From: a virus
Lineage: Duplodnaviria; Caudoviricetes
Length of the DNA stretch: 64,000 bases
Strand: one strand, 5' to 3'
IMG/VR virus record: IMGVR_UViG_3300028888_000119
Location: 1 to 64,000 of that record
The notes under the pieces are model-generated. The model was given only the letters and a program-made list of their open reading frames with translations, was not told the DNA's origin and made no database searches. Each line of letters opens with the position of its first letter. Positions within the stretch are counted from its first letter, which is position 1. The translations under genes were made by a program, and so were the position numbers. This document shows positions 9,227 through 18,860 of this stretch, piece by piece.

Positions 9227-10813
9227 TTATTTACCCAATGGCTGATTTTCTGCTTGGTTCGTTACATTTGGAATGTCCGGATTATTCTCTTCCTCCTTCT
9301 CCTTGTATTTTGCGTCAAGCGCTAGCTGCTCTTCCTTCTCCTTCATAATCTGCTCAGCATCGCCAATATGGCTGTTGCCGATATCGGACATCGTTGCCTT
9401 GCGAGATTTGACACCCGCGTAATACTGGTCAAGCTCCATCTTTATGCGTTCGGATTCGTTCTGTGGAATCCAGATATTCTGCCCGCAGGATATACGAAGG
9501 TCTCCGTACCTTGCTATGTCACCTTCCGCCTTCCCAACAAGCCTTTTAAATACCTCAACGAGCTGACGCACCGGCTTTGCATAGAATTTCCATCTATTTT
9601 TGCACCACTGAATATCCGGGGCAAACATGATCTTGATTGTAGTGCTACTATCTGCACCCTGGCGGATATCTACCGGTTCAACAAGGGCGGAGAGAGAGCC
9701 ACGGAGAATGTTGTTCCACAGCGTATCTAGATTTATCTTTGCAATGTTCGAAGAGTCCGGTGGCGCCAAGAACTTTGCGTCTGCATGTGCAATACTCTCT
9801 GTTGTACCCTTAACACCAATAGTTTTTCCGTTTACCGATGATGGGGGCAGGTTTACAATTTTCTCAGACTTCAAGAATAGAATCGGGAATGCGTCGTTTT
9901 TGACCTCTTCCGCAATAAAACTATGCGCCTTCTCAAACTTTTCTATGCAGTCCTGAACAGGGCCGGTGGCAATATCCGGTACGCGAAAATATATAATTTG
10001 GAGCATGTCGTTACCGATTTGAGATGCCTTCCTAGATATCCTCGTATAACCGTCCTCGCTCACCTCTCGCATTCCGGCACCACCTTTAATTATTCTGAAG
10101 ACACGGTCAATCCACGCACGACCATCGTCCTCTTCTGTGTCTACTTTAACCCATGTCTCCTTGTAATTTACCGTGAAGATATCCACGGCCGGTTTTCCGT
10201 TTAAAGTGTACGAACGATAAAGCACCGGATTCCCATTGTCATCGACGCCGGGATAGAGCGTGTCTCCCTTTTCGTATGCAAACACCTCATAATTGAGGCC
10301 GGTTCCATCATACCACCAGTATAGGGCTGAATCGCATTCTCTTTCGCAATATGACACGGCCTCGCACCACGCATCCCAAAAACCAGCATAATCCATCCAG
10401 GATTCAATTTTCTGGAAAGCCTCGTCGTCCTTTGATTCACTGGCAACCCAAAAGTTATCACCCGTAAGATGAGCGATCTTCTTCCCGACTATAAATTCTT
10501 GGATGGCGAGAGCGACAGTCTCCACATCGTCAAATCCGTCAAGCACCCATTTTTTCTTTCCGGTTTTCGGGTCGACCTCATCGGACTGCCTGTAAATCGG
10601 ACGCTGGCTTATGAATTTTGAATTAATCTCGTGCGCAGCAGAATTAATCTCGTTTAGGAACTGATCTTGTGTCAAATTGACATAACCAACGCCGAAACCT
10701 CCCGTCTTCGGCTGTCTGTATCCAATCGAACTCCCCGCTGGATACATCTTTGCGTTATCCGGTGTTACCCGTCTAACCCAATAATCTTTCTTTAAATGCT
10801 CACTAATGTTCAT
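9227..10813 (-). CDS. Portal protein
   Basis: 528 aa immediately after large terminase; C-terminal SRKATMSDIG...EQIMKEKEE pattern of SPP1-like portals. Confidence 0.85.
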   Translation of the reverse strand: MNISEHLKKDYWVRRVTPDNAKMYPAGSSIGYRQPKTGGFGVGYVNLTQDQFLNEINSAAHEINSKFISQRPIYRQSDEVDPKTGKKKWVLDGFDDVETVALAIQEFIVGKKIAHLTGDNFWVASESKDDEAFQKIESWMDYAGFWDAWCEAVSYCERECDSALYWWYDGTGLNYEVFAYEKGDTLYPGVDDNGNPVLYRSYTLNGKPAVDIFTVNYKETWVKVDTEEDDGRAWIDRVFRIIKGGAGMREVSEDGYTRISRKASQIGNDMLQIIYFRVPDIATGPVQDCIEKFEKAHSFIAEEVKNDAFPILFLKSEKIVNLPPSSVNGKTIGVKGTTESIAHADAKFLAPPDSSNIAKINLDTLWNNILRGSLSALVEPVDIRQGADSSTTIKIMFAPDIQWCKNRWKFYAKPVRQLVEVFKRLVGKAEGDIARYGDLRISCGQNIWIPQNESERIKMELDQYYAGVKSRKATMSDIGNSHIGDAEQIMKEKEEQLALDAKYKEKEEENNPDIPNVTNQAENQPLGK

Positions 10814-10835
10814 AGGTCAAATCGCGATTTTTATA

Positions 10836-12581
10836 TTATACCCAAACTACAGACCTAGCGCGTCCGCTACTGTAGTCATTATACAAATCATCATATGCGT
10901 CATCCTCAATATTTGGTGCCGCCTTTTTCTTCGGTCTAGCATCGAGATCCCAAATCATACGAAGATACATGGTGTCGATAATGTTGGGTGATGAGTGAAA
11001 CTTTGCCCGATACTCGTCCTTGCTTCTATAATAAATGCGCTTGTTCTTCTGCAAGGTACGAAATGTATTCGACTCGTCGTATAATACATCTATCAACTGC
11101 CGTGTCTCGCCCTTCTTCCCATATGGAATTCGCATATATAAATCAATCGTGGCAGATATTTTTCCGGTCTTCAAGGCAACCTCAAGTTTGCTCATTAATT
11201 GAGACCTAAGATTAAAATACTGCTCGAAAACAACTTGGTTTCCCTGTTCGTCGTACTCTTGCATCGCTGTTTTATTGGCCGTAACAGGCCACCCCGACGT
11301 ATATGCTTTAAGATAATTACCAAGGCCCGTAGCATCAAAAGCGAAATTTTCCTTCGGGATACCATATTTCCCAAGCATCTGCCATATCCAATCAACCAGC
11401 TGCTTCGGATCGCCGCGGAAAAACTCTATGCCGACGATTGTATGCCCCTTCCAAGCGATAAACGGGTTGTCGTCGGAATCAACATTACCACCGGAGACAT
11501 CCATCGTCCCATACATCGTCTCATCATCATCGTACGGATTTGTTGCGATGTCTCTAATCATCTGCTTTGTCACATTTACCTCTTCATTTTCTATCGGACC
11601 AAAATACGCCTCGGCCAAAACGGACCGTTGTTCGCCGCCCACATTATGAAGGTTTGCAATAGACTGTCCCTTGGTGGCGGCGACAAGTTTTCGGTTGCCA
11701 GCGGCAGTACCGGTTAGAAGGGTAAAGGATTTCACCATATCTTCCGCTGTCATCCCTGCCGCAATATCGTCCTTGTTGAGCTTGATGTTCGCAGATTTGA
11801 CGACCTCTTCTTTTGTGTCTCCCCATACGACGGATTGTGGAGTGTTACCTTGGATGTAGAAAAATCGTTCCCTTCCCTCCATTTCCTTTCGAATATACCA
11901 AGTCTCCGGGTCAATATAACCGCCGCATAAAAGAAACTCCGTCGTCCAATGTTCGTGGTCCGGGTTGAATGTGAGCAACATTTGCGGGGTAATACCAGAC
12001 GAGTCCCTATTACGAGAAAAGATGTAAGTAAACATCTTGAATTGCCTAATAGCCGTCGCCTCGTCGATGCCGATAAAACTCGCCTGCTGTTTTTTGATAT
12101 ATTCCACGAAGTCAGCCCATTCTCCCGGGTTATCCGCATTGAAGTTCGCATGTATCATCTGGATGGCATTATTCCATTTCGGCCAAGCAAATGTCGGCAA
12201 CTCCCCGGTAGTAACTTCACAATTTGAAAATTGGCCCCAAACCAAAGAGGCATCTCTGAACATGGATGTACCCTTCGCAGAATCCAGTTTCCTAACATTG
12301 ATTAGACGACCAGTATAATTAGGCACACCGATTCCTTGCAATCCCTGCAAAAAGATGCCAAAACTTTTTCCGCTCGTCGCCATGCCACATGCGAAAATCA
12401 AGTTTGACTCGCAGACACAAATCGCTTCCTGCATTCCCTCTTGTGGGATCAAGTCGATACCATCCCGTAGAACATAATCTCCAACCTTATCCCACCCTTT
12501 ATCCTTTATTGTGGGAAGCTTCCTCTCTACATGATCGTAGAGTGGTGGAAATTTTGCATCTTTATTGACGAGTCTAAACAT
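10836..12581 (-). CDS. terL: Terminase large subunit
   Basis: Walker A-like CGMATSGKS, Walker B IGIDEA, motif TFNPD, RNase H-like MDVSGG and FDATGLG; start refined to ATG 12581. Confidence 0.92.
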   Translation of the reverse strand: MFRLVNKDAKFPPLYDHVERKLPTIKDKGWDKVGDYVLRDGIDLIPQEGMQEAICVCESNLIFACGMATSGKSFGIFLQGLQGIGVPNYTGRLINVRKLDSAKGTSMFRDASLVWGQFSNCEVTTGELPTFAWPKWNNAIQMIHANFNADNPGEWADFVEYIKKQQASFIGIDEATAIRQFKMFTYIFSRNRDSSGITPQMLLTFNPDHEHWTTEFLLCGGYIDPETWYIRKEMEGRERFFYIQGNTPQSVVWGDTKEEVVKSANIKLNKDDIAAGMTAEDMVKSFTLLTGTAAGNRKLVAATKGQSIANLHNVGGEQRSVLAEAYFGPIENEEVNVTKQMIRDIATNPYDDDETMYGTMDVSGGNVDSDDNPFIAWKGHTIVGIEFFRGDPKQLVDWIWQMLGKYGIPKENFAFDATGLGNYLKAYTSGWPVTANKTAMQEYDEQGNQVVFEQYFNLRSQLMSKLEVALKTGKISATIDLYMRIPYGKKGETRQLIDVLYDESNTFRTLQKNKRIYYRSKDEYRAKFHSSPNIIDTMYLRMIWDLDARPKKKAAPNIEDDAYDDLYNDYSSGRARSVVWV

Positions 12582-12587
12582 ATGTCG

Positions 12588-12619
12588 CAAAGTTAAGAAA
12601 ACTTTGTAATTAATTCAAA
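12588..12619 (-). promoter_or_regulatory. Promoter of terL (probably leaderless)
   Basis: TAACTTTG (12595-12588) and TTTG (12619-12616), 20-nt spacing; ATG 7 nt downstream. Confidence 0.65.
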
Positions 12620-12620
12620 G

Positions 12621-12654
12621 AAAAATCGGGGCGCACCTCACGACGAGCCCCGAC
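12621..12654 (-). terminator. Intrinsic terminator
   Basis: TCGGGGC...GCCCCGA then TTTTT. Confidence 0.65.
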
Positions 12655-12713
12655 TGAACGTAACAACACACATGTTTACTAACCATACACCTCGCAAAGA
12701 TAATCAATTTTTA

Positions 12714-13007
12714 TCAAAATGGAGCATTAGTATTTTGAGATTGGTCAATATTCCAAGACCAGCAATTCAAATCCATATAATAATTTCCGCCGTTATCACG
12801 AACAGATCCGTCAAACTTAAAAGTTCCGAACTGTCCTACGCTCAAGCGACCAAAGTCTTCCGCTTTTTTCATGTTTGACATGAGCAACTGGTGTTTAAAT
12901 TCGCCTTCATTATATTCTACAACAATGAAAGTCTTTTTCCACGGTCCCCTCGAAGAGACACCGCTTTTTGCCATGGGGGTGGCAATGATTTTCCCGCGAA
13001 TTTCCAT
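12714..13007 (-). CDS. DUF3127-like OB-fold ssDNA-binding protein
   Basis: MEIRGKII...SGVSSRGPWKK...VVEY and C-terminal NAPF tail typical of SSB-like proteins. Confidence 0.75.
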   Translation of the reverse strand: MEIRGKIIATPMAKSGVSSRGPWKKTFIVVEYNEGEFKHQLLMSNMKKAEDFGRLSVGQFGTFKFDGSVRDNGGNYYMDLNCWSWNIDQSQNTNAPF

Positions 13008-13018
13008 ATTTCTAATAA

Positions 13019-13579
13019 TTATAAAGCGTCATTGTTACTATCAAGTTCCGTGCCATCATTTACTATTTCGCAGTTTTCCTCGACAAATTTTCTATATTCG
13101 CAGTTTCCACATCGGACGGGTAAATATCTCCGGGGCTGTTCTTCTGCTATTTCTTCCTGCTCCAACAAACCAACCTTATCTGCGATTTTCAAGACAGCTT
13201 CCGGGTCGTCAGCCTTATCGATATCCTCAGCTAACCGCATTGCAAATTCGGTTAATTTTGTCTTAGCCTTTGCCTTGCGCTCCTCGATGCTTACCGGACC
13301 GGATGTCTGCTTCGGCTGGGCTTGAGGGGTAAGAAGGTCTTCGATGGTCTTCTTATAAGCATCCAAATATTCCTTCACATCTTTCGTTGCAAAGAATTGA
13401 GCAACAGCAGCCTTTACTGCAGTTGCTGCCTTTGAACCGATAAAATCTGGACGAATAAATTTCAAGAATGCCACCTCTCGCTGGCATCCGGAAAGGACAT
13501 AATAAGACAAACCGTCCATCTCCTCTTGGAGGAGGTTAAATTTGCCGGATTTCGGCCTTTGTGGAATCAAAGCACCCAT
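13019..13579 (-). CDS. Terminase small subunit candidate
   Basis: 186 aa helical protein near terL with own promoter; C-terminal RRYLPVRCGNCEY. Assignment by position only. Confidence 0.45.
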   Translation of the reverse strand: MGALIPQRPKSGKFNLLQEEMDGLSYYVLSGCQREVAFLKFIRPDFIGSKAATAVKAAVAQFFATKDVKEYLDAYKKTIEDLLTPQAQPKQTSGPVSIEERKAKAKTKLTEFAMRLAEDIDKADDPEAVLKIADKVGLLEQEEIAEEQPRRYLPVRCGNCEYRKFVEENCEIVNDGTELDSNNDAL

Positions 13580-13583
13580 AACG

Positions 13584-13614
13584 CAAATATACTACTTTTT
13601 CTCGTGATTGCAAG
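13584..13614 (-). promoter_or_regulatory. Promoter (probably leaderless)
   Basis: TATATTTG (13591-13584), CTTG 19 nt upstream; ATG 5 nt downstream. Confidence 0.55.
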
Positions 13615-13660
13615 CAAGAACGTATTTTGATGACCCGCCTTTTGTTCTTCTATGGTTTAT

Positions 13661-14089
13661 CTAATCAGTCAAATATTCTTTAATGATGGTTTTGAATTGT
13701 TCTAAACTACGGCAGATCTCGTAGCGATAATTTTGTGCTTCGACAGCCGCTTGCCAAACCCTCTGCGCCGGCTTCTGTTGGCCGTGCTCATCCTTCATCT
13801 CGATGCAAAGTCCGTGGTATCCTCCGCGAGGGATAAGGCAGATTAGGTCGGCCACTCCCGGCCAGACTCCGAGACTCTTACGGATCGCACCCTGAATTGG
13901 ATTACTGTCCGCCCGGTCGTTTTCGTTCGGTACATGGAACAAAAGGCCACGATACTGCGGGAAAGAATTATGGAACCACTGGAAGCACTCTGCCTGTATC
14001 CTCCCCTCTGGAGAAGAGTGATGCCGTTTCTTTGGCTGTGGCGGAGTTTCAATGATCGGCATGGTCCTGCTCTCGTCTTGTTTCTTCAT
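13661..14089 (-). CDS. VRR-NUC (PD-(D/E)xK) nuclease
   Basis: EGRIQAEC...HVPNE...GVWPGVADL...CIEMK...QKPAQRVWQ. Confidence 0.88.
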   Translation of the reverse strand: MKKQDESRTMPIIETPPQPKKRHHSSPEGRIQAECFQWFHNSFPQYRGLLFHVPNENDRADSNPIQGAIRKSLGVWPGVADLICLIPRGGYHGLCIEMKDEHGQQKPAQRVWQAAVEAQNYRYEICRSLEQFKTIIKEYLTD

Positions 14090-14453
14090 TTAGGTACTTA
14101 TCAAGGACTTCGTAATCATGTATTCCGAGAACAATCCATTTGACAAGTTTTGCGACAAGGCCAGATGATTCAATGTCGCCACCGCCGAAATTGAAAGGAC
14201 CTATTCCGCAATCATTACAAATATCCCACAGCCTCGACAGAGACCAAGCGGGAATATCCTCAAAACTTGCGAGTGCTATATGCTCACCCTTGTATAAACT
14301 CAATATGCTATATTGCTGACCATCAAGAACCAATTTCCACCAATCGTGCTTTAGCGGCTGAATTATAGTCCACCACATATCCGCACTCCCGGGGTCAAGT
14401 CCTGCTTCCAGCAGGCGCTTGCTCTGCTCGATTGTTGTTGCTATCTGGCTCAT
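14049..14453 (-). CDS. Hypothetical protein
   Basis: 134 aa, ATTIEQSKRLL...SADM...PAWSLSRL motif common in gut phages. Confidence 0.7.
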   Translation of the reverse strand: MSQIATTIEQSKRLLEAGLDPGSADMWWTIIQPLKHDWWKLVLDGQQYSILSLYKGEHIALASFEDIPAWSLSRLWDICNDCGIGPFNFGGGDIESSGLVAKLVKWIVLGIHDYEVLDKYLNEETRREQDHADH

Positions 14454-14641
14454 TCTGCGTAATGGATATAATCACCTTCCTTAATAAGCTCCCTTATCCT
14501 TCTAGAGGGAGAATAATCCTGAAATTCCTCATATTCCACAAAATGTGGCGTTTGGATGTCGTGTGGGAAATCATACCCAATCCAGATGCCTCGCTCTGGA
14601 TCAAGTTTACTAAGTCGTTCAATAAGTTCCTTTACTTTCAT
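14450..14641 (-). CDS. Hypothetical protein
   Basis: 63 aa, MKVKELIERL start, coupled to neighbours. Confidence 0.65.
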   Translation of the reverse strand: MKVKELIERLSKLDPERGIWIGYDFPHDIQTPHFVEYEEFQDYSPSRRIRELIKEGDYIHYAE

Positions 14642-14644
14642 AAC

Positions 14645-14884
14645 CTATATCCTCTCAAAAAATACTGATTTGCCATCCTTTCGCTCGTTCTTCATACAGG
14701 CGAACCTTTCACACAAAGAGGGTTTATGCACAAAACGGCAAAAACGGCACTTAGAAAGACCCCTGCGTCTATTATAAACGAATATTGGCGCATCAAGATT
14801 CTCTCTGCCGGAAACAGCCGCCGTACATACGTTTACTCCATAAGTGCTTCCAACGTTAAGAAATTTTCTTTTTACGATTTCCAT
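14645..14884 (-). CDS. Hypothetical Cys-containing protein
   Basis: 79 aa, CRFCRF...C...C. Confidence 0.55.
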   Translation of the reverse strand: MEIVKRKFLNVGSTYGVNVCTAAVSGRENLDAPIFVYNRRRGLSKCRFCRFVHKPSLCERFACMKNERKDGKSVFFERI

Positions 14885-14999
14885 AAAATAAAGCTTTTTC
14901 TATCTTTTTTCGTATTTCATCCAACTCTTTAAGGTCATCCTTCTTGTTATAAATTCGCCGTTGCAAACGATTTATCCATTTCAAAAGTAACTTTCTCAT
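14856..14999 (-). CDS. Small basic hypothetical protein
   Basis: Manual translation MRKLLLKWINRLQRR...KKKIS, 47 aa, fills gap in operon. Confidence 0.4.
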   Translation of the reverse strand: MRKLLLKWINRLQRRIYNKKDDLKELDEIRKKIEKALFYGNRKKKIS

Positions 15000-15028
15000 A
15001 GCCGAACATCCCTTCAAATCCCGTGCCA

Positions 15029-16537
15029 CTAAAACAGTTTCGGCGAGGAGTCCACGCTCTTTTTGACCTTGACCTTGCTCAGGATTTCCTTCTTAAAGAA
15101 AAACCAATACTTTGAACTTATATTGGCGCCATGTTTCGTCCTAAGCACTTCAATGGCCCTCATGAATGCATCCTTCTGGTTGTCAGCATTTTTTATACAC
15201 ACATTGACAAGAATCCAGTTATTGCTTTTCCCTTCCAATTTCTTCCTAGCGACATAGGACTCCAGAGACTCCTCATCATCTTTGGCAACTATCTCCTGAA
15301 GTTCCGCGTTATAAACTTCTTGTTGTGTCGGCCAGTGGTATCCACAAAAAGCGCAATCTTTCCAGGAGACTGGCACAAGCTTATGGCATTGAGGGCACTC
15401 TTTAACAGGAGCGGGGCCGCCACCAGCACCCGTGTTGTGCCAAAGGCTGTATGTCCGGTCGTCCTCATATCGGCCTAAGCGCTCGTGATTCCTACCAAAA
15501 TCAAGACAAATAAACTCTCCGTTCTTACCTGGTGCGGGACGACTGCAGCGCCCTAAACTTTGTAAATACTTGACAACAGATGTCGTGGAGTACATAAGCA
15601 TTACAACCTTGATGCTCGGCACATCCAGCCCTGCGACTCCGATCCCGAGATTCACAAGAACATCAAACTCGCCATTCTCAAAATCTTTTAGCAACTGCTT
15701 CCTGTCGTCGCTTAACTCTGCATCTTCGTCGAAACTGTTTGACAAGAGGTATTTCGCTTTTATGCCGTGGTTGTTAAACTCTTGCGTAAGCCCGATGCAT
15801 TGCTCGGAACTGCAAGCGAAGACTATCGCCTTCTCGCCTGGGCATATCCGCTGGTAGTTCTCCACGGCTCCTACATACCTTGCTTTAGACTTGAATTTTT
15901 GCGACATTTGGGACAAGTTATAATCTCCTCGGCCATAATCCCATTCGACATCATCCATCGATGGGGCATCCAGCGAGTACAGCTTACACCGACAAAGATA
16001 GCCCATGTTGATGAGGTCCTTCACACTCGGACCAGTAACCATCGCATTGTACTCAAGGCCGGCCTGCTTCATACCTCCATACCTTGCCATTGTTGCCGTA
16101 TATCCAACAACATAGCACTTGTCGGATATGATGTCAAAGAGAAACCCATAATTACAGATATGCGCCTCATCAAGGATTAGCATCTGGACGGACTTGACAT
16201 AATCCAACCATTCCGGTTTCTCAATCCTTCTCTGGAGTGTTTGAACCATCCCGACGGCAACAAGTCCGGTCGGAACTTTCCGGTGCTTTGGCGATATGAT
16301 TTGAGGCTCTACGCCGCATTTTATACACTTTTCGGCATTCTGCTTCATGATTTCCTCGCGGTGCGCTAAAATCAGCGTTCTTGTGCCTTTCTGAGCCGCT
16401 AAAGCCGCAGTATATCCGAGCACTAGCGATTTCCCGGAGCCCGTCGGCATAATGCAGACAACTCGCCTATATCGGGCCAGCGCAGTCCTGATCTCCGAAA
16501 CGGCCTGTTCTTGGTATTTTCTTAACTCTAATGCCAT
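15029..16537 (-). CDS. Superfamily 2 (DEAD/DEAH-like) helicase with Zn finger
   Basis: MPTGSGKS, LDEAH, TAT, QSLGRCSR, CPQC...CAFC; start refined to MALELRKYQ (ATG 16537). Confidence 0.92.
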   Translation of the reverse strand: MALELRKYQEQAVSEIRTALARYRRVVCIMPTGSGKSLVLGYTAALAAQKGTRTLILAHREEIMKQNAEKCIKCGVEPQIISPKHRKVPTGLVAVGMVQTLQRRIEKPEWLDYVKSVQMLILDEAHICNYGFLFDIISDKCYVVGYTATMARYGGMKQAGLEYNAMVTGPSVKDLINMGYLCRCKLYSLDAPSMDDVEWDYGRGDYNLSQMSQKFKSKARYVGAVENYQRICPGEKAIVFACSSEQCIGLTQEFNNHGIKAKYLLSNSFDEDAELSDDRKQLLKDFENGEFDVLVNLGIGVAGLDVPSIKVVMLMYSTTSVVKYLQSLGRCSRPAPGKNGEFICLDFGRNHERLGRYEDDRTYSLWHNTGAGGGPAPVKECPQCHKLVPVSWKDCAFCGYHWPTQQEVYNAELQEIVAKDDEESLESYVARKKLEGKSNNWILVNVCIKNADNQKDAFMRAIEVLRTKHGANISSKYWFFFKKEILSKVKVKKSVDSSPKLF

Positions 16538-16541
16538 ATTG

Positions 16542-16657
16542 CGGACGGAGCAGGACTCGAACCTGCGACTTCGCCCGGCGCCATCTACCAGCATAGCAAT
16601 CAACCGCTGCATACTCCAGTAGTGCCTGCGACCTCTAACCAGCTGAGGTATCCATCC
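16542..16657 (-). ncRNA. tRNA-like RNA 1 with elongated anticodon arm
   Basis: Acceptor GGATGGA/TCCGTCC, D arm CCTC-AGCTGGTTA-GAGG, T arm GCAGG-TTCGAGT-CCTGC; about 64 nt between D and T arms instead of about 22; ends G-CAA. Confidence 0.7.
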
Positions 16658-16662
16658 GATAC

Positions 16663-16715
16663 GCCGCCGTTAGTGCACTCCTGGGCTCACGCGGCGGCAA
16701 TCCTACTACAGCCCA
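16663..16715 (-). ncRNA. Putative H-type pseudoknot 5' of tRNA-like RNA 1
   Basis: Interleaved helices TGGGCT/AGCCCA and GCCGCCG/CGGCGGC in an intergenic gap. Confidence 0.45.
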
Positions 16716-16724
16716 TTTTTCGGA

Positions 16725-17303
16725 TTACGGCACTGGCCTTTCTTCCTCTTGAGGTTTCAAGCGTTTGATATAGACCTTCACCCGATCTCCGACAGCCCAT
16801 CTCCCACCATCTCCGCGATAGCCTACGATGTCCTTCCTGTCTGTAAACACGAACTTCTTGAGGTGTTCCGGTCCGTCAATAGCATCAACAATTTCTCCGA
16901 TACCGATATTCTCGTATTCCTCTCCTATCGCTTCCGGAGACTTCTTGAGCGCTTCGATGAACTCGTCGGCATACTCTACGGACTTATCATAGTTATGCAC
17001 GCCTTCTTTAAAGAAATAGTGCTTAGCCAGCTCATACCGCCTCGCCTCCCACGGGTCAAAGGAGTTCAGTGTGCTTTCAAGCAAAGACGAACCAAAATCG
17101 CCGCCAAAGGGACTATCTACCTTGAAATCCCACTCAAGCGTCAGACGCTCCATGATGTGTTCGTTACCATGAGAGTCAATGTAAGACACCCAGTCATTCT
17201 CGTTGCGAGCGCCTTTCACGGTAGTCTCCCACGCGACAATTTCTACCGGCTCATCCGTCTTACGGAGGCGGTACTTCAAAGAAAATAATGAATTGGTTTC
17301 CAT
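16725..17303 (-). CDS. Hypothetical protein
   Basis: 192 aa, WEARRYELAK motif. Confidence 0.7.
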   Translation of the reverse strand: METNSLFSLKYRLRKTDEPVEIVAWETTVKGARNENDWVSYIDSHGNEHIMERLTLEWDFKVDSPFGGDFGSSLLESTLNSFDPWEARRYELAKHYFFKEGVHNYDKSVEYADEFIEALKKSPEAIGEEYENIGIGEIVDAIDGPEHLKKFVFTDRKDIVGYRGDGGRWAVGDRVKVYIKRLKPQEEERPVP

Positions 17304-17305
17304 AG

Positions 17306-17677
17306 TTATTCTACGATGATATATATTCCTTCTTTGCCATCATTAGACCGCAACTTAGCTGTTTTTATTTCCGCCCAACGGAATCCGAAAATAAAATCAG
17401 GGACGGCAATTTTTGTCTCATCCCCGAGGCCGGCGGCGGCCACGGCCTTCTTGAGGTTACCCCAAGTAGGCTCAATAGTGCCGTCATCGAATAGCGTCTT
17501 CGGCTCATGCCAAATCTCGTAGAAGCCATGTGTAAATTCGTCATCCATAGCCTTGTCGCCATCGTAGAGAGTCACTTTGACAGCGGTCGGAGTTATTGCT
17601 GTAACCTTAAATTGCCGGCCTGCAAATGGCCCTTCCTTCGGCGTCACGCCATACTTAAATAAATCTTCTGTTCTCAT
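17306..17677 (-). CDS. Hypothetical protein
   Basis: 123 aa in operon. Confidence 0.7.
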   Translation of the reverse strand: MRTEDLFKYGVTPKEGPFAGRQFKVTAITPTAVKVTLYDGDKAMDDEFTHGFYEIWHEPKTLFDDGTIEPTWGNLKKAVAAAGLGDETKIAVPDFIFGFRWAEIKTAKLRSNDGKEGIYIIVE

Positions 17678-17958
17678 ATTTTCGTTAGTTTAATTAAATG
17701 CCAAATTCCATCTATTTTCACACCGCGAGATATCCACAATGACTTGACTGCATCAAGTGGGCATCCCCATTCATTCTTACAATAGCCATCAAGTTCCTCA
17801 TTATAACTGCCGTCAGAGTTATTCCATGTGGATATGAACTGAATCGAACATTCGATCCCATCTGCGGTCATGTATTCTTCTGCGTATCCTCCAGAAAACA
17901 CCATTCTTGGAACGAGCGCTTTATCCGCGTACTTAATTGGAATCTGTACCATATACAA
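17674..17958 (-). CDS. Hypothetical protein
   Basis: 94 aa in operon. Confidence 0.6.
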   Translation of the reverse strand: MYMVQIPIKYADKALVPRMVFSGGYAEEYMTADGIECSIQFISTWNNSDGSYNEELDGYCKNEWGCPLDAVKSLWISRGVKIDGIWHLIKLTKI

Positions 17959-18286
17959 CCCATAAACATTCTTCGTCGCTCACAGCCCTCATTCCGTGCC
18001 CCTCCATCTTTGCGTTCGTCTTCCAACGCATCAGTGCACCCTTTATCGTTATTCCGTACCGCATCCGGCACAAAATATCAGCATCCGGTGAGCTGATTTT
18101 GATTTTTCTAACAGCATAAATAGGATATGCAGGCCCGTCAAAGAATACAAGCATATCACCCTTTTTCGCGGAAGCAACATCTTGGTTATATGCATAGCCA
18201 AGTGGGAGTAATACATAACCGAGGTTGAATTCTCCCGGCTCTGTATGATTAATCCTCAATCTCTTCACCCTCGTCGTCAGTTGCAT
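17933..18286 (-). CDS. Hypothetical protein
   Basis: Start uncertain (MQLTTRV at 18286). Confidence 0.6.
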   Translation of the reverse strand: MQLTTRVKRLRINHTEPGEFNLGYVLLPLGYAYNQDVASAKKGDMLVFFDGPAYPIYAVRKIKISSPDADILCRMRYGITIKGALMRWKTNAKMEGHGMRAVSDEECLWVVYGTDSN

Positions 18287-18860
18287 ATACAGGATATTTT
18301 TGGTTACACCGCCATAAGGCGCTCGCAAAATTGTTATATCGATGAGCCGGCAGGTCGTTCTCTATCGCCTTGTCAACCCGCTCGTAGACGAATTGCTGTA
18401 CTAGTGAAATGAAATCCGGTGTTGTAATTGTCACCAGGTGCTGCGGCATCGGCTTCCAATGAATCTTCTTCCTTTGCTTAAACAAGGCAATATTGTTTGG
18501 GTTCGGATATTCAAGCCATTCTTCGATCCCCATTAAATAAAAACGCATTGCAATCGGCAAAATCGCGAAAACAAAAGTGTTTCGAAACCTGTGAATCTTG
18601 TCAATATAAGTATCCGATATAGAGCCTAACCTTCCATAACGACAATAACGATATAGCGTAAACTGCCACCTCTTCCAATCAAAACCATCTGTCGGCTCAT
18701 TAAGCACACCATACCCTCCAGTTTCGAGCATGTGAGTTAGAAACTCTTTGGCAGAATAGTCGTCTTCCAACTCACATGCATCGATAACCCCCTGCTTGAA
18801 ACAATAATCAAACAGCCTTATTGCCTGCGGCCCAGTCGTTCTGTTTAACGGACTCCTCAT
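18249..18860 (-). CDS. Hypothetical protein
   Basis: 203 aa in operon. Confidence 0.7.
   Translation of the reverse strand: MRSPLNRTTGPQAIRLFDYCFKQGVIDACELEDDYSAKEFLTHMLETGGYGVLNEPTDGFDWKRWQFTLYRYCRYGRLGSISDTYIDKIHRFRNTFVFAILPIAMRFYLMGIEEWLEYPNPNNIALFKQRKKIHWKPMPQHLVTITTPDFISLVQQFVYERVDKAIENDLPAHRYNNFASALWRCNQKYPVYATDDEGEEIED

Noticed and set aside
15029-16612. Track start of helicase at 16612
   Set aside because: Extension is a translation of tRNA-like RNA 1; family start MALELRKYQ is at 16537. The same applies to 25131..25487 and 25718..26125.
16542-16657. Intron-containing normal tRNA, tmRNA or Y RNA
   Set aside because: Excision does not rebuild a 5-bp stem with U33; too short for a group I intron or tmRNA tag region; end topology differs from YrlA RNAs.
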